Assembly: GCA_030390025.1 (NCBI GenBank)
Contig: CM059432.1
Location: 116,252,001 to 116,316,000 of the forward strand
DNA length: 64,000 nucleotides
Reading direction: 5' to 3'
DNA from: Squalus acanthias
Lineage: Eukaryota
The stretch's first letter is position 1; each line of letters begins with the position of its first letter. Made by a program: the position numbers and the translations under genes. The notes below the pieces were generated by a model that searched no databases, was not told the origin of the DNA, and saw only the letters and a program-made list of their open reading frames with translations. Shown piece after piece: positions 49,300 through 61,956 of this stretch.

Positions 49300-52200
49300 G
49301 GTCCTGATCTTATCTTCCAGGCAGGTTTGGTGCGATGGGGGCGGAAGTACGGACAGGAAACCCGGAAGTACGTCCTGGAGTTTTTAGAGGCCTTTTAATT
49401 TTTTTCTGTAGGTTTCCCGCCCGGGCGGGAAAGCCTGCCGCACAAGGCCGCAACTGAGCTGAGAGCAGGTGGGAGAGATCGCGGGGGTGAGGGTGGCAGT
49501 CGGGGGGAAGGGGCTCCGATCGCGGCGGGGGGTGGTGGTCGGGGGAGGGGCTCCGATCGGGGGGTGGGGATCGGGGGGAAGGGCCTCCGATCACGGGGTG
49601 GGGGTCGAAGGAAGGGCCAACGATCACGGGGTGGGGGTCGGGGGGAAGGGGCTCCGATCGGGGGGTGGGGATCGGGGGAAGTGGCTCCAATCACGGGGTT
49701 GTGGTCGGGGGGAAGGGGCTCCGATCACGGGCTGGGGGTCGGGGGGAAGGGGCTCCGATCGCAGGGTGGGGGTCGGGGGAAGGGGCTCTGATCACGGGCT
49801 GGGGGTCGGGGGGAAGGGGCTCCGATCGCGGGGTGGGGGTCGGGGGAAGGGGCTCTGATCACGGGGTGGGGGTCGGGGGGAAGGGGCTCCAATCACGGGC
49901 TGGGGGTCGGGGGGGAAGGGGCTCCGATCGCGGGGTGGGGGCAGGGGAAGGGGCTCTGATCACGGGGTGGGGCTCGGGGGGAAGGGGCTCCAATCACGGG
50001 CTGGGGGTCGGGGGGAAGGGGCTCCGATCGCGGGGTGGGGGCAGGGTAAGGGGCTCTGATCACGGGGTGGGGCTCGGGGGAAGGGGCTCTGATCACGGGG
50101 TGGGGGTCGGGGGGAGGGGTTCTGATCACGGGGTGGGGGTCGGGGGGAGGGGTCCGATCACGGGGTGGTGGTCGAGGGAAGGGGCTCAGATCACGGGATG
50201 GGGGTCGGGGGAGGGGTCCGATCACGGGGGTGAAGGGGCTCTGATCACGGGGGTGGCGGTCGGGGGAAGGGGCTCCGATCACGGGGTGGGGGTCGGGGGA
50301 AGGGGCTCCGATCACGGGGTGGGGGTCGGGGGAAAGGGCTCTGATCACGGGGTGGGGGTGGGGGGAAGGGGCTCTGATCGCGGGGTAGGGGTCGGGGGAA
50401 GGGGCTCCGATCGCGGGGTGGGGGTCGGGGGAAGGGGCCCCGATCACGGGGTGGGGGTCGGGGGGAAGGGGCTCCGGTCGGGGGAGGGGCTCCGATCGCA
50501 GGGTGGGGGATCGGGGGAAGGGGCTCCGATCGCGGCGGGGGGTGGTGGTCGGGGGAGGGGCTCCGATCGCGGGGTCGGGGGAAGGGGCTCTGATCACGGG
50601 GTGGTGGTCGGGGGAAGGGCCTCCGATCACGGGGTGGGGGTCGGGGGAAGGGGCTCTGATCACGGGGTGGGGGTCGGGGGAAGGGCCTCCGATCACGGGG
50701 TGGTGGTCGGGGGAAGGGCTCTGATCACGGGGTGGGGTCGGGGGAAGGGGCTCTGATCACGGGGTGGGGGTCGGGGGAAGGGGCTCCGATCACGGGGTGG
50801 GGGTCGGGGGGAGGGGCTCCGATCACGGGGGGGAAGGGGCTCCGATCACGGGGGGGAAAGGGCTCCGATCACGGGGTGGGGGTCGGGGGGAAGGGGCTCC
50901 GATCACGGGGTGGGGGTCGGGGGTCGGGGCTCCGATCACGGGGGGGAAGGGGCTCCGATCACGGGGTGGGGGTCGGGGGGAAGGGGCTCCGATCACGGGG
51001 TGGGGGTTGGGGGGAAGGGGCTCCGATCGGGGGGTGGGGGTCAGGGGAAGGGGCTCCGATCACAGGGTGGGGGTCGGGGGAAGGGGCTCTGATCGCGGGG
51101 TGGGGGTCGGGGGAAAGGGACTCCAATCGGAGGGTGGTGGTCGGGGGAAGGGGCTCCGATCACGGGGTGGGGGTCGGGGGGAAGGGGCTCCGATCGGGGG
51201 GTGGGGGTCAGGGTAAGGGGCTCCGATCACGGGGTGGGGGGTCGGGGGGAGGGGCTCCGATCATGGGGGGGAAGGGGCTCCGATCACGGAGTGGGGGTCG
51301 GGGGGAAGGGGCTCCGATCACGGGGTGGGAGTCGGGGGGGAAGGGGCTCCGATCGCGGGGTGGGGGTCGGGGGGAAGGGGCTCCGATCGGGGGGTGGGGG
51401 TCGGGGGAAGGGGCTCCGTTCACTGGGGGGAAACGGCTCTGATCACGGGGTGGGGGTCGGGGGGTAAGGGGCTCCGATCGCGGGGTGGGGGTCGGGGGAA
51501 GGGGCTCCGATCACAGGGTGGGAGTCGGGGGGGAAGGGGCTCCGATTGCGGGGTGGGGGTCGGGGGAAGGGGCTCCGATCACGGGGTGGGGGTCGGGGGG
51601 AAGGGGCTCCGATCGGGGGGTGGTGGTCGGGGGAAGGGGCTCTGATCACGGGGTGGGGGTCGGGGGAAGGGGCCCCGATCACGGGGTGGGGGTCGGGGAA
51701 GGGGCTCCGATCAGGGGGTGGGGGTTGGGGGAAGGGGCTCCGATCACGGGGTGGGGGTCGAGGGGAAGGGGCTCCGTACGCGGGGTGTTGGTCGGGGGAA
51801 GGGGCTCTGATCATGGGGTGGGGGTCGGGGGAGGGGCTCCGATCGCAGGGTGGGGGGTCGGGGGGAAGGGGCTCTGATCACGGGGTGGGGCTCGGGGGAA
51901 GGGGCTCTGATCACGGGGTGGGGGTCGGGGGGAGGGGTTCTGATCACGGGGTGGGGGTCGGGGGGAGGGGTCCGATCACGGGGTGGTGGTCGAGGGAAGG
52001 GGCTCAGATCACGGGATGGGGGTCGGGGGAGGGGTCCGATCACGGGGGTGAAGGGGCTCTGATCACGGGGTGGCGGTCGGGGGAAGGGGCTCCGATCACG
52101 GGGTGGGGGTCGGGGGAAGGGGCTCCGATCACGGGGTGGGGGTCGGGGGAAAGGGCTCTGATCACGGGGTGGGGGTCGGGGGAAGGGGCTCTGATCGCGG

Positions 52201-54867
52201 GGTAGGGGTCGGGGGAAGGGGCTCCGATCGCGGGGTGGGGGTCGGGGGAAGGGGCTCTGATCACGGGGTGGGGGTCGGGGGGAAGGGGCTCCGGTCGGGG
52301 GAGGGGCTCCGATCGCAGTGTGGGGGATCGGGGGAAGGGGCTCCGATCGCGGCGGGGGGTGGTGGTCGGGGGAGGGGCTCCGATCGCGGGGTCGGGGGAA
52401 GGGGCTCTGATCACGGGGTGGTGGTCGGGGGAAGGGCCTCCGATCACGGGGTGGGGGTCGGGGGAAGGGGCTCTGATCACGGGGTGGGGGTCGGGGGAAG
52501 GGCCTCCGATCACGGGGTGGTGGTCGGGGGAAGGGCTCTGATCACGGGGTGGGGTCGGGGGAAGGGGCTCTGATCACGGGGTGGGGGTCGGGGGAAGGGG
52601 CTCCGATCACGGGGTGGGGGTCGGGGGGAGGGGCTCCGATCACGGGGGGGAAGGGGCTCCGATCACGGGGGGGAAAGGGCTCCGATCACGGGGTGGGGGT
52701 CGGGGGGAAGGGGCTCCGATCACGGGGTGGGGGTCGGGGGTCGGGGCTCCGATCACGGGGGGGAAGGGGCTCCGATCACGGGGTGGGGGTCGGGGGGAAG
52801 GGGCTCCGATCACGGGGTGGGGGTTGGGGGGAAGGGGCTCCGATCGGGGGGTGGGGGTCAGGGGAAGGGGCTCCGATCACAGGGTGGGGGTCGGGGGAAG
52901 GGGCTCTGATCGCGGGGTGGGGGTCGGGGGAAAGGGACTCCAATCGGAGGGTGGTGGTCGGGGGAAGGGGCTCCGATCACGGGGTGGGGGTCGGGGGGAA
53001 GGGGCTCCGATCGGGGGGTGGGGGTCAGGGTAAGGGGCTCCGATCACGGGGTGGGGGGTCGGGGGGAGGGGCTCCGATCATGGGGGGGAAGGGGCTCCGA
53101 TCACGGAGTGGGGGTCGGGGGGAAGGGGCTCCGATCACGGGGTGGGAGTCGGGGGGGAAGGGGCTCCGATCGCGGGGTGGGGGTCGGGGGGAAGGGGCTC
53201 CGATCGGGGGGTGGGGGTCGGGGGAAGGGGCTCCGTTCACTGGGGGGAAACGGCTCTGATCACGGGGTGGGGGTCGGGGGGTAAGGGGCTCCGATCGCGG
53301 GGTGGGGGTCGGGGGAAGGGGCTCCGATCACAGGGTGGGAGTCGGGGGGGAAGGGGCTCCGATTGCGGGGTGGGGGCCGGGGGAAGGGGCTCCGATCACG
53401 GGGTGGGGGTCGGGGGGAAGGGGCTCCGATCGGGGGGTGGTGGTCGGGGGAAGGGGCTCTGATCACGGGGGTGGGGGTCGGGGGAAGGGGCCCCGATCAC
53501 GGGGTGGGGGTCGGGGGAAGGGGCTCCGATCAGGGGGTGGGGGTTGGGGGAAGGGGCTCCGATCACGGGGTGGGGGTCGAGGGGAAGGGGCTCCGTACGC
53601 GGGGTGTTGGTCGGGGGAAGGGGCTCTGATCATGGGGTGGGGGTCGGGGGAGGGGCTCCGATCGCAGGGTGGGGGGTCGGGGGGAAGGGGCTCCGATCGC
53701 GGGGTGGGGGGTCGGGGGAGGGGCTCCAATCTCGGTTGGGGGGAAGGGGCTCCGATCGCGGGGTGGGGGGTCGGGGGTCGGGGCCCCGATCACGGGGTGG
53801 GGGTCGGGGGAAGGGGCTCCGATCAGGGAGTGGGGGTTGGGGGAAGGGGCTCCGATCAGGGGGTGGGGGTTGGGGGAAGGGGCTCCGATCAGGGGGTGGG
53901 GGTTGGGGGAAGGGGCTCCGATCTCGGGGGGGGGGTCGGGGGGAAGGGGCTCCGATCTCGGGGGGGAGGTCGGGGGGAAGGGGCTCCGATCGCGGAGGGG
54001 AGGTCGGGGGAAGGGGCTCCGATCGCGGAGGGGAGGTCGGGGGAAGGGGCTCCGATCTCGGGTGGGGGGTCGGGGGGAAGGGGCTCCGATCTTGGGGGGG
54101 GGGTTCGGGGGGAAGGGGCTCCGATCTCGGGGCGGGGGGGTCGGGGGGAAGGGGCTCCGATCGCGGAGGGGAGGTCGGGGGAAGGGGCTCGATCGCGGAG
54201 GGGAGGTCGGGGGAAGGGGCTCCGATCGCAGAGGGGAGGTCGGGGGATGGTGCTCCGATCTCGGGGGGGGGGGGGTCGGGGGGAAGGTGCTCCGATCTCG
54301 GGGGCTGGGGTCGGGGGAGGCTCCGATCGCGGGGGGTGGGAGAGATTGCCGGCGGGGGGTGGGGGGGGTGTGGTCGGGGGTAAGGGGCTCCGATTGCGGG
54401 GGGGGTCTCCGATCGTGGAGAGGTTGGGGGGACGTTAGATGGTGGTCAGGGGATTCAATCGTGGGGGGGTTGGGGTGGGAGAGCAGAGAGATCGCTGGGG
54501 GTTGGTTACAGGTGTAAGCTTGTTGGGCTGGGAGGAAACACTCCTGCTCCTCCTGGCCCACAAGCAGTGCAATAAAGGCACTTACCTCATGGATTCAGCC
54601 GTTCTCACCTCCATTCACCTGCCGGGTTTCCCGAGGCCTGGGGAAACCCGGCCGACTGTCGTTAAAAATAGAAACCTTATTAAAATGGAGGCACGCAGCC
54701 TCCTTAATAGGTCTCAACGACCGGCCCGCCTCCTGCAAGCGGATTGGCCACCCGCCCCAATCCCGGTGTTAAAATCAGAAGTGGGTGGGTACCTGTTTCA
54801 GATTTTTAACTTTTTAACCTCCCACCGGAACCAAACCCACCTGTATTTGGGGGGTTAAAATTACCAA
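49300..54867 (+). mobile_element. MITE expanded by an internal minisatellite
   Basis: Arms homologous to 42593-43320; ends ggggttaaaattacc. Confidence 0.7.
49470..54440 (+). repeat. G-rich minisatellite, ~32-bp unit, with a 1817-bp higher-order duplication
   Basis: Unit gggggaaggggctccgatcacggggtgggggtc. Identical ORF translations recur at offset 1817 (50503/52320, 50732/52549, 51201/53018). Confidence 0.97.
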
Positions 54868-55064
54868 TATAATGAGAGGGAGTGCTGTCATCCAGGGTCA
54901 GTGTAACCTGGGCAGGTTAGTGGAGCTGTCCCCAGTAATACTGGCTATTCTCAGCAAGACAGCTCCTCAATAAAGCCTGATTTTCCTCATGTGTGCACGG
55001 ATATGTCTGCTTCAGTTCATTTTATCAAAACACATCAAGGATCAGAGCATTGGATTACTTCCAA

Positions 55065-57650
55065 ATAGCAAAATACTGCAGATGATGGAAATCTGAAATA
55101 ACAACAGAAATTGCTGGAAACACTCAGCAGGTCAGGCAGCATCGAGGAGAGAGAAACAGAGTCAACGTTTCGGGTCAAACCCTTTGTCGGAACTGGAAAA
55201 GGTTAGGGAAGAGAGATTTTTAAGCAGGGGCAGGGAGGAGGGGAGGTAAGAACAAAGGGAAGGTCTGTGATAGGATGGTGCAAGGCAAGCAAAGGAGAGA
55301 TAATGGGGCAAGTTAAGAAACAAAAGATGGCTCCAGATGAGGTGTGAATGATGATGGCAGCAACATTAACAGCTACCGTGTGAGGAAACAAGAGATAAAA
55401 AAAATATAAAGAAATGCAGGGGCCGATTTATAGTCTGAAATTGTTGAAGTCGATGTTGAGTCCAGAAGGCTTGAAGTGCCTAATCGAAAGATGAGGTGCT
55501 GTTCCTCGAGCTTTCGTTGAGCTTCGTTGGAACAGTGTAAGAGGCCGAGGACGGAGAGATCAGAGTGGGAGTGGAGCGGAGAATTAAAGTGACAGGCGAC
55601 CGGAAGCTTGGGGTCATGCTTACGGACTGAACTGGAGGTGTTCCACAAAGTGGTCACCCAATCTGCGTTTGGTCTCCCCAATGTAGAGGAGACCGCCTCG
55701 TGAGCAGCGAATACAGTGTACTAAATTGAAAGAAGTACAAGTAAATTGCTGTTTCACCTGGAAGGAGTGTTTGGGGCCCTGGATGGTGGGAAGGGCGGAG
55801 GTAAAAGGGCAGGTGTTGCATCTCCTGCGCTTGCATGGAAAGCTGGCGGGCGAAGGGGAAGGGGTGCTGGGGGTGGTAGAGGAGTGGACCAGGGTGTCTC
55901 GGAGGGAGCGGTCCCTTCGGAATGCTGAAAGGGGGGGGAGGGGAAGATGTGTTTGGTGGTGGGATCACGCTGGAGGTGGCGGAAATGGCGGAGGATGATC
56001 CGTTGAATGTGAAGGCTGGTGGGGTGAAAGGTGAGGACAAGGGGAACCCTATCGTGGTTCTGGGAGGTAGGGGAAAGGGTGAGAGCAGAAGTGCGGGAAA
56101 TGGAATGGACACGGTCGAGGGCCATGTCAACCACGGTAGAGGGGAATCCTCGGTTGAGGAAAAAGGAAGACATACCGGAAGCATCAGTATGGAAGGTGGC
56201 ATTGTCAGAACAGATGCGGCGGAGACGGAGAAACTGGGAGAATGGAATAGAGTCCTTACAGGAAGCGGGTTGGAAGGAAGTGTAGTCCAGGTAGCTGTGG
56301 GAGTCAGTGGGCTTATAGTGGAAGTTGGTCGATAGCTTATCCCCAGGAATGGAGACAGAGAAGTCGAGGAAGGGAAGGGAAGAGTCAGAGATGGACCATG
56401 TGAAGGTGAGGGAAGGGTGGAAATTGGAAGCAAAGTGTATGAAATTTTCTAGTTCAGGGCGAGAGCAGGAAACAGCACCGATACAGTCATCAATGTACCG
56501 GAAAAAAAGGTGAGGGAGGGGACCTGAGTAGGACTGGAACAAAGAATGTTCCACATATCCCACGAAAAGGCAGGCATAGCTAGGACCCACGCGGGTACCC
56601 ATAGCAACACCTTTAATTTGGAGGAAGTGAGTGGAGCCAAAGGAGAAGTTGTTCAATGTGAGAACAAGTTCAGCCAGGCGGAGGAGGGTGGTGGTGGATG
56701 GGGACTGGTTGGGCCTCTGTTCAAGGAAGAAGTGGAGCATCCTCAGGCCATCCTGGTGGAGGTGTAGAGGGATTGGACGTCCATAGTGAAAAGGAAACGG
56801 TTGGGGCCGGGAAACTGGAAACTGTTAAAGTGGTGGAGGGTGTTGGAAGAGTCGCGAATGTAGGTGGGAAGGGACTGGACAAGGGGAGAAAAAATAGAGT
56901 CGAGATAGGAAGAAATCAGTTCTGTGGGGCCAGAACAGGCTGAAACGATGGGTCTACCAGGGCAGTCCTGTTTGTGGATCTTGGGAAGGAGGTAGAAGCG
57001 GGATGTGCGGGGTTGAGGGACTATGAGGTTGGAGGGAAGATCTCCAGAGGAGATGACGTCAGTGACAGTCTTGGAAACAATGGCTTGATGTTTGGTAGTG
57101 GGGTCATGGTCCAGGGGGGAGGTAGGAGGAGGTGTCAGAGAGTTGCCATTCAGCCTCTGCACGGTACAGGTCGGTTCGCCAAACAACAACAGCACCACCC
57201 TTGTCAGGTTTAATGACAATGTTAGGGTTGGATCGGAGAGAATGGAAGGCTACAAGTTCAGAGGGAGGTAGGTTGGAGTGAGTGAGGGGAGCAGAGAACT
57301 GGAGACGGCCAATGTCAGACCGGCAGTTAGCAATGAAAAGATCTAGAGAGGGTAAGAAGCCATAGGAAAGGGTCCAGGTAGAACGAGAATTCTGAAAGCG
57401 GGAGAAAGGGTCCACTGTACAGGGAGAAGACTCCTGGCCAAAGAAGTGGGCACGGAGACGAAGGCAACGGAAAAAGAGCTCAGCGTCGTGCTCAGGCCTT
57501 TGCTAAGGACTGATCGTTCGGGGTCAGAGAAGGGAAGGTCAGAGGGGATAGTGAAAACACGGGTGAGATTGGAAGAAGGGATGGGGTCAGAGGAAAGTGA
57601 CGGGGAAGAAGGTTCCGGAGGGGCATTGGTGGGTTACTTCGATGCTTGAC
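55065..57650 (-). mobile_element. Second Penelope-like retroelement, decayed, with pLTR at 55065-55330
   Basis: IKPDKGG, LLPKIHK..PGRPI, MDVQSLYTS, GVAMG, FRYIDDC, NLVHCIRC..LYIGET; several frameshifts. Confidence 0.93.
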
Positions 57651-58071
57651 CTGACTTCTGCACCAATATAACCATGGCATAGGTTATACTTCATCTTTAA
57701 ATTAACACAGTCTACACAGTTAGTCAGGTATGTTTTGGTCAATATTAACTTGCCTTAACTTAATAACATCTTCAGAAACGCATTATTTTTTATTGAAAAT
57801 CATATATTGATGATACAATGTTACTTCTGTTAAATCGTACAGAGAATGAGCCCCATGTTTTACATCAGTCTGAGGACACCCTTGGTTTTGCTCTGAAACC
57901 TTGCGATATTGGATACCTGCTTTGCAGTCGTTGAACATGATTTCATTGTCAGGGGAGCATTTTTTGAAATCCACAATTGGTTGTGTAGTTGCTTACTTGA
58001 ATCAGATTCCAAAATACTGCAGATGCTGGAAATCTGAAATAAAAACAGAAAATGTTGGAAACACTCAACAG

Positions 58072-58108
58072 AGTTAACATTTCAGGTCGATGACCTTTCG
58101 TCAGAGCT
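58072..58108 (-). ncRNA. Minimal hammerhead ribozyme, slightly decayed
   Basis: AGCU-CUGACGA-AAGGUC AUC GACCU-GAAA-UG-UU-AACU. Confidence 0.6.
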
Positions 58109-58308
58109 GGAAAAAGCTAGAGATATAACAGGGTTTAAGCAAGTGCAGAGGCAGGGAAAGGGGGGAGGGGAGGGAAGAGCAAAAGGGAAGGTCTGTGATA
58201 GGGTGGAAGCCTGCCTTCCACATAACTTTCCTTTAGCTCTTTCCTCTGCTCACACCTTTCCCCCACCTCTGTACTTGCCTAAAAACTCTTACATCTCTAA
58301 CTTTTTCC

Positions 58309-58345
58309 AGTTCTGATGAAAGGTTAATGACTTGAAACGTTAACT
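58309..58345 (+). ncRNA. Minimal hammerhead ribozyme with intact core
   Basis: AGUU-CUGAUGA-AAGGUUAAUGACUU-GAAA-CG-UU-AACU; stem I AGUU/AACU, AACGUU palindrome. Confidence 0.72.
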
Positions 58346-60584
58346 CTGTTTCTCTCTCCACAGATGCTGCCTGACCTGCTGAGCATTTCCAGTATCTTAT
58401 GTTTTTATTCCAAAAGACAGTTATTACCGAGAAAGCCATACAGTGATCAAATAGAATCCGTCTTTTACTTCACATCAACAACATTGGAATGTGCTAACTG
58501 CAGATCTTGGTTTTGTTGGAAACGTGGAGGCACTCTGCATGCCATGTATGTTTATTTTGGACTGGAATCTGTATGAGCCATTATAAGCCAGATGGAAGCC
58601 AGAGTTCATCTGCACTTGAGAGTTGGTAGGTTTACAGATCTTCTGTCAGATTTGTTGCCTGAGGTAAGTGCAGGGAGCCGGGCTTATCTGTAGGTACTCC
58701 TCTGCAATGGGGGTCTACGTATTACACAGCAGAGCCCAGCTGGAGTACAGTGACTGGCACATAATGACAATTCTAAACAGAGGAGACCCAGTACACAGTG
58801 GTTGCTATCCCCAAACTGCAACAAAAAAATGCCATGTACTGTATAAAAGTGCCTTTTGTCCTTTAATATGTGACTACTGCTGCATCACAGCCACGTATCC
58901 CACCAGCTGGTTTGGCACAACCTCTGAACTCATATTTTGAACGTGTAACCGTTCCAAGACTATAATAACAAGAAATGTTTTGAACAGTTGAGAGAAGTTT
59001 CCATACACGAGTTGCATTGTTTTCTACTCCACTCTTCACCTGGACCAATTATTGAAAATTGGCAACCAGTACACCCCACAGCTGCTAATATAAGAACAAA
59101 CTGAAGCTGTTGGATGAGTCAGGCCAACGAGAAAACAAAAAGCTTAATTTAGTACAGTGTGGTGACATAAAACAGGAACATTACAAGAACGTTTCTGCTT
59201 TTGCATTTTTTAGAAAACCAGCCAATTGGCTGAATTTGGCTGTGCAACATTAGCATACTAGTACGCTGACACATTCATATAAACTTCATCTGTCTATCAT
59301 TTTAACTAAGGCATTGGCCAGTGTAAGAAAAAATTTAAATAAACAGATGAAGACCACCATTAATATAGTGGTGAAAGAAATTTTATGTGACTCCATTAAT
59401 GCATCTGTATGTTAATAGCGCACAAAGTGATTTCATTGTACAGGCATATTAAACTAGACATTGTACATTATTGTATACAGAGAATCAGTGATTAATGCAG
59501 GATCAATAACAGCCTGATAACTATTACAATAGGACCAAAGAAAATCAGTGACACAGAGCTGCGACTCATCATTCTGAGTCTGTGTCATCCACAGTTAATC
59601 TGGATATTTCGAAAGGAAACCTCAATCTCTAAACCTCCCATTTACAGCAGGAGAAAAAGAAAGTTGTATTCGCTGAATTTAAATACTGTTTCACCTTACT
59701 GTGTAGTATTCACAGCAAAAGTACAAATAACTGTGATGCAAAACTGGCTCCAGGAAATACAGTTACCATAAAGACTATAATTTTAACATTACCCGATGCT
59801 TTTCAGTTTCTGTACTAGTGTTTGTACGCTGCACACAGGGTACTTCCAGCAAAAACTGAGGTTTGTATTTTATACATGTCCCCTTTGACAATGGCCTCGT
59901 TTCAAGAAAAAATCAATATAGGTTTAAAGTGAACAACATTGACAAACAACTGCGGTGTTAACCCTGCTTGAATATGCATTCAAATGAAAAACTGGCACAA
60001 ACTTTACCTAGTGAGACAACCAGCTGGATAGTCTCCAAGATCCTTCAGGCAATTCACATAATTCATTAAGGCTTTGGATAAAACACAATGGGGCTAATTT
60101 TGACTTTGACTTCAATGGAAATAAAAAATGGGAGAGATGTAGAACGGGCGGCTGATCTGTTGTCGCTTGTTTTAACACAATCGCCCAAAGTCAAAATTAC
60201 CCCCACTGTGTTTTTATCCACGAGTGTGGTCACCTGGCAATAGGTGACATCAGTACATTACATTGTAAAGCTCACGAACACACGTGCAGAATCTGATGAT
60301 GTGAACGGAGTGTTGGATCAGTGCATGCTGATGCTGAGACGGGTGGCGTCCCTGGCTCGAGGACCAGTCGATTATATCACCCAGGCCTTGTTCTCATATG
60401 ATTGGCATGGCTGGACAATCGCATCAACAGCGGGTCATCTGCCCACCCTTTTTGGACAATTTCCGGTGGGCTCCCAAGGCAGCATATATAAAGGGTGAAT
60501 GCACCTCTTAAAGGAAAGTTGTATTCACTGAATTTAAATACTGTTTCGTGTTCACAGTTTGATTCTGTTGGACATTTCAGATAG

Positions 60585-61700
60585 TTGGAATGGGTGAAAG
60601 GTTGCCCCCAGGTTCTCAGACATCTTCCTGGAGGTGATGTTGGCAGAGAGCAGAGTCAGGAGGGGACGAAGAAAATGCTCAACAGCCTCACCCAGAAAGT
60701 GGTGGCAAGTGAAGTGAGTTGCAGGAGCATCACCCAAGGATTGGATACAGTGCAGGAAGAGGTTCAATGACTTAATAAAATCAGCAAAAGTGAGTACAGC
60801 TCCTCCTTTGTATTGTACCTAGTCACAGTTCCTCTCCTCCCTCCCCCAGCATTCAGAGCAATTACCACCCCTGCACCACTTCTCATTCTCACTCCTAACA
60901 CACACGCACCTGCTGCTTGCTCACTGCACTGCTTCTACTAATGGCCTGCTCTTCTCACCTGGTGTCATGACTCCTTCCTCAATTCACACTCAAGCTATTT
61001 ACTACCATTCAACACCTCCTCATTCGCTGAGCATCTTGAAAGAAAGAAAGACTTGCATTTCTACAGCTCCTTTCACGACCACTGGACATCCCAAAGTGCT
61101 TTACAGCCAATGAAGTACTATTTTGAAGTGTAGTCACTGTTGCAATGTAGGAAACACAGCAACCAATTTACACACAGCAAGGTCAGACAAACAGCCATGT
61201 GATAATAACCAGTGATGTTGATAAATAACACCCCTGCTCTTCTTCGAAATAGTGCCAAGGGATCCTTTACGTCCACCTAAGAGAACAGACGGGGCCTCGG
61301 TTTTAACATTTCATCTGAAAGACAGCACTTCTGACAGTGCAGCATTCCCTCAGTACTGCACTGGAGTGTCAACCTAGATTTTTGTGCTCAAGTCTCAGGA
61401 GTGGGACTTGAACCCACAACCTTCTGACTCAGAGGCAAGAGTGCTATCAACTGAACCACTGGGCGACACTTACTTCTGTTCCCTCTCAGCTTATGCACTA
61501 CATGCTGAAACCGCACATGTGCACTTGCCTTCTCAGTAGCCACTCATAACTCTCTCCTTATTCTGCAGGAGAATATAATGCACAACGCTAGGGAAAGGAA
61601 TAAGATGAGGGGGAGAAGCACCCAATATCATGGGCTGGAGCTGTGCCTTCACGGGATTGAGCTCCTAGAAGCCAGTCTCTCAAATGGACGTAAAAGATCC
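60585..61700 (+). pseudogene. Decayed spliced Harbinger Myb/SANT gene
   Basis: KVAPRFSDIFLEVML...WIQCRKRFNDLIKSAK|gtgagt (about 60790); ttctgcag|ENIMHNARERNK (61569). Confidence 0.7.
61039..61460 (-). mobile_element. Deu-type SINE copy inside the Myb-gene intron
   Basis: Same family; box B ggttcaagtccc. Confidence 0.82.
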
Positions 61701-61956
61701 TATTTTTGTGGCTGCCGCGAAGCACGAATTGAAGCCGAGTCAATAAGTGGAACACATGGCTTTTAATCACATCTCTGGTAAAATGGCTGCTAACAATTCT
61801 CTGCAAACTCTGAGGGCCACGCCCATTCCTTTTTCCCCTGCCTTAAAGGCAGGATGCGCCTTAAAGACAAGGTGCCCGATTTATTGTCCACGGACGGAAA
61901 AGTGGATTGCGCCCGTTTAGTTGGCGATCTGCCACACAGCTCACCCCAGAATCCGC

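Larger units (their letters stand above)
58010..58410. mobile_element. Inverted pair of Penelope pLTR fragments (58010-58205 minus, 58235-58410 plus)
   Basis: Both are homologous to 55065-55280 and are mutual reverse complements. Confidence 0.85.

Noticed and set aside
49470..54440. CRISPR-like periodicity of about 32 bp
   Set aside because: Head-to-tail units with no unique spacers, no cas genes, and a eukaryotic context.
49310..54561. Many long Gly/Arg- or Pro-rich ORFs
   Set aside because: They are translations of a stop-poor minisatellite, open in nearly all frames.
57783..59050. Short ORFs and a possible 26-nt micro-exon (58638-58663)
   Set aside because: No recognisable protein and no consistent exon chain.
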